Shown here in pieces: positions 56,478 through 60,069 of a DNA stretch of 60,069 bases (position 1 is its first letter; every line of letters starts with the position of its first letter). The stretch lies in the NCBI GenBank assembly GCA_015065075.1, contig SVRA01000003.1, positions 1 through 60,069 on the forward strand. The letters are read 5' to 3'. The DNA comes from Oscillospiraceae bacterium (GTDB taxonomy: Bacteria > Bacillota > Clostridia > Oscillospirales > CAG-272). Under the pieces are notes generated by a model. That model saw only the letters and a program-made list of their open reading frames with translations, was not told where the DNA came from and did no database searches. The translations under genes were made by a program, and so were the position numbers.

Positions 56478-58709
56478 ATGGACAACAACACGGTACAAAC
56501 GAATGATTTTACAGCTAAAAAGCTGATAGATCTGCTCAGGGTCACGGGAAAGAATTACGACCTTGATAAAATACAAAGAGCATACGAGTATGCGGCAATG
56601 CTTCACGTCGGACAGTTCCGCGCAAGCGGTGAGCCGTATATCTCGCATCCTCTGGCGGTCGCGGAGATAGTTGCAAGCCTCGAGCTTGACACCGACTCGA
56701 TATGCGCGGCTCTGCTTCACGATACGGTCGAGGACTGCTCCGACAAGACCGACCTCAAGGAAATACAAAAGCTTTTTGGACCCGAGGTGGCTCTGCTCGT
56801 TGACGGTCTTACAAAGCTCGTTTACTTTGAGATTGAGGACAAAGAGGAGCAGCACATCGAAAATCTCCGAAGGATGCTGCTTGCGATGTCGAAGGACGTC
56901 AGAGTCATTTTTATCAAGCTTTGCGACAGACTTCACAATATGAGGACTCTTGATGCGAAAAAAGAGAACAAGAGAAGACTTACCGCGCTTGAAACTATGC
57001 ACGTATACGCTCCTCTCGCTCACCGACTCGGTATGCAGAAGATCAAGCAGGAGCTTGAAAATCTCAGTCTTCAGCATCTTGACCCGATCGGATATAACGA
57101 GGTCAGAAACGATATCGAGGGCAAATACGGAAAGAGCCTTAATCTGATCGAGCATATCAGAGCCGTTATTTCGGATAAGCTCAACGAGAACGGTATCAAT
57201 TTCTACCTTGAGGGAAGAATAAAGACAGTCTACAGCGTGTACAAAAAGATGTACAACCAGAACAAGAGCTTCGATGAGATATACGATTTTTACGCGTTAC
57301 GTGTTATCGTTGACACCGAGCTTGAGTGCTACGCTACGCTCGGTATCATTCACGAGATGTTCAACTCGCTTCCCGGACGCTTCAAGGATTATATTTCAAC
57401 TCCTAAGCCCAATATGTACAGATCCCTGCATACCACGGTCATCGGGCGCGAGGGTATTCCTTTTGAGGTCCAGATAAGGACCAGAGAGATGCATCATATC
57501 GCGGAATACGGTATCGCGGCGCACTGGAAGTATAAGTCCGGTGCATCCTCTAAGCAGGAGCTGGACAAGAAGCTTGAGTGGATATCGCGTCTTATCGAGA
57601 CCGAGGATGGCACGCGCGATCCCGACGAGTTTATGGACGCTATCAAGACCGATATTTTGCACGACGAGGTCTTTGCGTTCACACCCAAGGGTGATATAAT
57701 TCCTCTGCCGCAGGGTGCTACTGTAATTGACTTTGCTTATGCTATACACTCTGCAGTCGGAAACAAGATGATAGGCGCCAAGATCAACGGCATGATCGTT
57801 CCTATTGACCGCACGGTTCAGAACGGTGAGATCGTTGAGGTACTGACGTCGTCGAGCACCAAGGGGCCGAGCCGAGATTGGCTGAATATCGTCAAGACGA
57901 GCGAGGCAAGATCGAAGATAAGGCAGTGGTTTAAGAAGGAGTCGAGACCCGAGAACATCGTGCTTGGTCGCGCCATTCTTGACGGTGAGTTTAAAAAGTA
58001 CAACGTTAAGCTTACCGATCAGCAGAAGAACGATATGGTTGCCGTTGTGGCACAAAGAACCGGCTTTACGAGTGCCGACGATCTTTATAATGCCGTCGGT
58101 TACGGAGGCGTTGCACTTAACAAGCTTGCGAACAAGCTTAAGGAAGAGATATCCAAGATGACTGTGGTGAACGCTGAACCTGCTGTCGTTACAGAGGAGA
58201 CGATGGTTCAGAAGAGCCAGAAACCCAAGCATCTCAAGTCGAACGGCGGTATAGTCGTCGACGGCGAGGCAGGCTGTCTGGTCAAGTTCGCAAAGTGCTG
58301 TAATCCCTTGCCCGGAGACGACGTCGTCGGATTCGTTACCAAGGGCTACGGTATATCGATACACAAGAAGGATTGTCCCAACGTTATCGAGGGCATGAAG
58401 AACGACGAAAATAAGGATCGTTGGAAGGTCGCTTACTGGGAGGAGCAGGACAACGGATCCTCCAGAAGCGTTTACGAGGCATTGCTTCAGCTCTTTACAG
58501 AGGACAGAGTGGGTATGCTTGCAGATATTGCGGTTGCGCTTGCCGATATGAAGGTTTCTATTCTTCAGGTCAATTCGCAGAAGAGAAACAACGGCAGATG
58601 TATAATCACCTTGAAGATAAGCTGCAAGAACATCGAGCATTACGATTCGATCGTTTCAAGACTGCGCTCGCTGAACGGAGTTGAGAGTGTGGCGAGAGGC
58701 TTCTCGTGA
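56478..58709 (+). CDS. relA: Bifunctional (p)ppGpp synthetase/hydrolase Rel
   Basis: HD motif LLHDTVED, DRLHNMRTL, RFKD, EVQIRT, TGS, ZFD (KCCNPLPGD), ACT. Confidence 0.97.
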   Translation: MDNNTVQTNDFTAKKLIDLLRVTGKNYDLDKIQRAYEYAAMLHVGQFRASGEPYISHPLAVAEIVASLELDTDSICAALLHDTVEDCSDKTDLKEIQKLFGPEVALLVDGLTKLVYFEIEDKEEQHIENLRRMLLAMSKDVRVIFIKLCDRLHNMRTLDAKKENKRRLTALETMHVYAPLAHRLGMQKIKQELENLSLQHLDPIGYNEVRNDIEGKYGKSLNLIEHIRAVISDKLNENGINFYLEGRIKTVYSVYKKMYNQNKSFDEIYDFYALRVIVDTELECYATLGIIHEMFNSLPGRFKDYISTPKPNMYRSLHTTVIGREGIPFEVQIRTREMHHIAEYGIAAHWKYKSGASSKQELDKKLEWISRLIETEDGTRDPDEFMDAIKTDILHDEVFAFTPKGDIIPLPQGATVIDFAYAIHSAVGNKMIGAKINGMIVPIDRTVQNGEIVEVLTSSSTKGPSRDWLNIVKTSEARSKIRQWFKKESRPENIVLGRAILDGEFKKYNVKLTDQQKNDMVAVVAQRTGFTSADDLYNAVGYGGVALNKLANKLKEEISKMTVVNAEPAVVTEETMVQKSQKPKHLKSNGGIVVDGEAGCLVKFAKCCNPLPGDDVVGFVTKGYGISIHKKDCPNVIEGMKNDENKDRWKVAYWEEQDNGSSRSVYEALLQLFTEDRVGMLADIAVALADMKVSILQVNSQKRNNGRCIITLKISCKNIEHYDSIVSRLRSLNGVESVARGFS

Positions 58710-58766
58710 TCGCAACGGCGAAGGGTCGAGACAAATTTCAATTTTTAAGCAAAGGATCTGTAGATA

Positions 58767-59228
58767 ATGAAGGCGGTATTGCAGAGAGTAAAGAGCGCGA
58801 GCGTGAGCGTTGACGGTCAGGTCGTCGGGGAGTGCGCGGAGGGATTGATGATCCTTTTGGGTGTTGCGAACGGCGACACCGAGGAGGATGCGAGACTTCT
58901 TGCGACCAAGATATGTAATTTGAGAATATTTTGCGACGAGAATGACAAGATGAATCTTTCGGTCAAAAATATCGACGGCGAGGCACTCGTTATATCCCAA
59001 TTTACTTTGATGGCGAATTACAAGCACGGCAACCGCCCCGATTATCTTGAGTCGGCTCCTCCTGCCGAGGCGAACAGACTTTACGAATATTTTAAGGGAC
59101 TTATGGCTGCCGAGCTTCGTCACGTTGGTTGCGGAGTGTTCGGCGCACATATGGAAGTAAGTCTTATCAATAACGGACCCGTTACCATAGTTATGGATAG
59201 CGAGGTCCTCAAAAAGAAAAAGGCATAA
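58767..59228 (+). CDS. dtd: D-aminoacyl-tRNA deacylase
   Basis: MKAVLQRV, SQFTL, GVFGAHM, NNGPVT. Confidence 0.97.
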   Translation: MKAVLQRVKSASVSVDGQVVGECAEGLMILLGVANGDTEEDARLLATKICNLRIFCDENDKMNLSVKNIDGEALVISQFTLMANYKHGNRPDYLESAPPAEANRLYEYFKGLMAAELRHVGCGVFGAHMEVSLINNGPVTIVMDSEVLKKKKA

Positions 59229-59309
59229 GAGAGTACTCTTTGCCATCGTGTGACCCTTTAAAATACACGGATCGTGCAGGCAGTGCCTGCAGGGAAGGAC
59301 AACAGGAAA

Positions 59310-60069
59310 ATGAAACTTAACATAAGCGGTAATATAAACGCGTATTACGTTCAGACTCTTTGTATGATATTTTTCCCTGGGGAGAAATTTTCTGACAAGA
59401 TGCCGACGGATCCCGAGGTCGCGTCGCCCGAGCTGACGCTTTCTCTTGAGGAGACCGATGCGGGAGTTAAGGTATGCGCTGAATTGACGCTTGAAGAAAA
59501 ATTTGCTAACTGCGAAAAGGTATATCCTGTTCGCGAGGATATTACGTACGATAGACTCAAAAAGATCGCCGTGGGTGACGCGGTGTTATCGGTATGCAGT
59601 GAGGTCATAGGCTATAGACCCTCGTGGGGAATGCTCGTCGGCGTTCGTCCCTCCAAGGTCGCGACCGAGCTTTTTACAAGCGGAATGTCGAAGACAAAGG
59701 TCAAGAAAGCGTTGGTCAACGATTATTTCGTCATTCCCAAAAAGGCGGCGCTTGCCACCGAGGTCGCACTCAACGAGGCTGAATTTGTCCAGAAGGTAGA
59801 GCCCAAGGCGTGCAGCGTATATATATCGATACCTTTTTGCCCGACGAGATGTGCGTATTGCTCGTTCGTTTCATATACTTCTAAAAAGCTGCTTTCGACG
59901 ATACCCGATTATCTCGTTGCACTTGGCAAAGAGATAAACAGGACCTTTGATACTATCAAGGAGCTTGGTCTTACGGTCAAGACCATATACATAGGCGGAG
60001 GCACGCCCACGATACTTGATGAGGTTCAGCTTGCTTGGCTTTTATCTGTGGTAGAGGCGAATATCGACG
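59310..60069 (+). CDS. hemZ: Radical SAM HemZ-like protein (runs off window end)
   Basis: Not in ORF track because no stop in window; PSWGMLVGVRPSK, YISIPFCPTRCAYCSF, IYIGGGTPT. Confidence 0.88.
   Translation, partial: MKLNISGNINAYYVQTLCMIFFPGEKFSDKMPTDPEVASPELTLSLEETDAGVKVCAELTLEEKFANCEKVYPVREDITYDRLKKIAVGDAVLSVCSEVIGYRPSWGMLVGVRPSKVATELFTSGMSKTKVKKALVNDYFVIPKKAALATEVALNEAEFVQKVEPKACSVYISIPFCPTRCAYCSFVSYTSKKLLSTIPDYLVALGKEINRTFDTIKELGLTVKTIYIGGGTPTILDEVQLAWLLSVVEANID

Overview
A mostly core-genome segment of a spore-forming Clostridia-type Firmicute. Sporulation genes ylbJ/yqfC/yqfD, a T-box and sigma-A/sigma-E-type promoters support this; finer taxonomy cannot be fixed from sequence alone. 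It carries about 53 CDS: recR, topB, DegV/DAK2 fatty-acid kinase, valS with a Val T-box, yqfCD-phoH-ybeY-era-recO, yajC, rimM-trmD, HPr-uvrC-rsmD-coaD, uvrB-uvrA, dacF, pgi, pncB, cdaA-cdaR, recJ-rel-dtd-hemZ (truncated). A small AT-rich accessory patch (15.5-19.6 kb) holds an ECF sigma/anti-sigma/secreted-protein trio, decayed gene remnants including an RHS fragment, tRNA-Thr(GGT) and a tandem pseudo-tRNA interrupted by a 47-nt hairpin insert. The most unusual signals are non-coding. (1) A dispersed 115-140 bp intra-operon cassette (3 full copies plus 1 partial) contains, in every full copy, SD + GTG-AAR-5 codons-TAG (a 7-codon minigene of conserved length but divergent sequence) with the start codon inside a stem, then a conserved hairpin, and it supplies the ribosome-binding site of the next gene. 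(2) A second ~130 bp repeat (2 copies) shows extensive compensatory base changes; one copy is the end of a ~365 bp REPIN/MITE-like insert between the valS T-box and valS. No CRISPR array, rRNA, integrase or transposase is visible.
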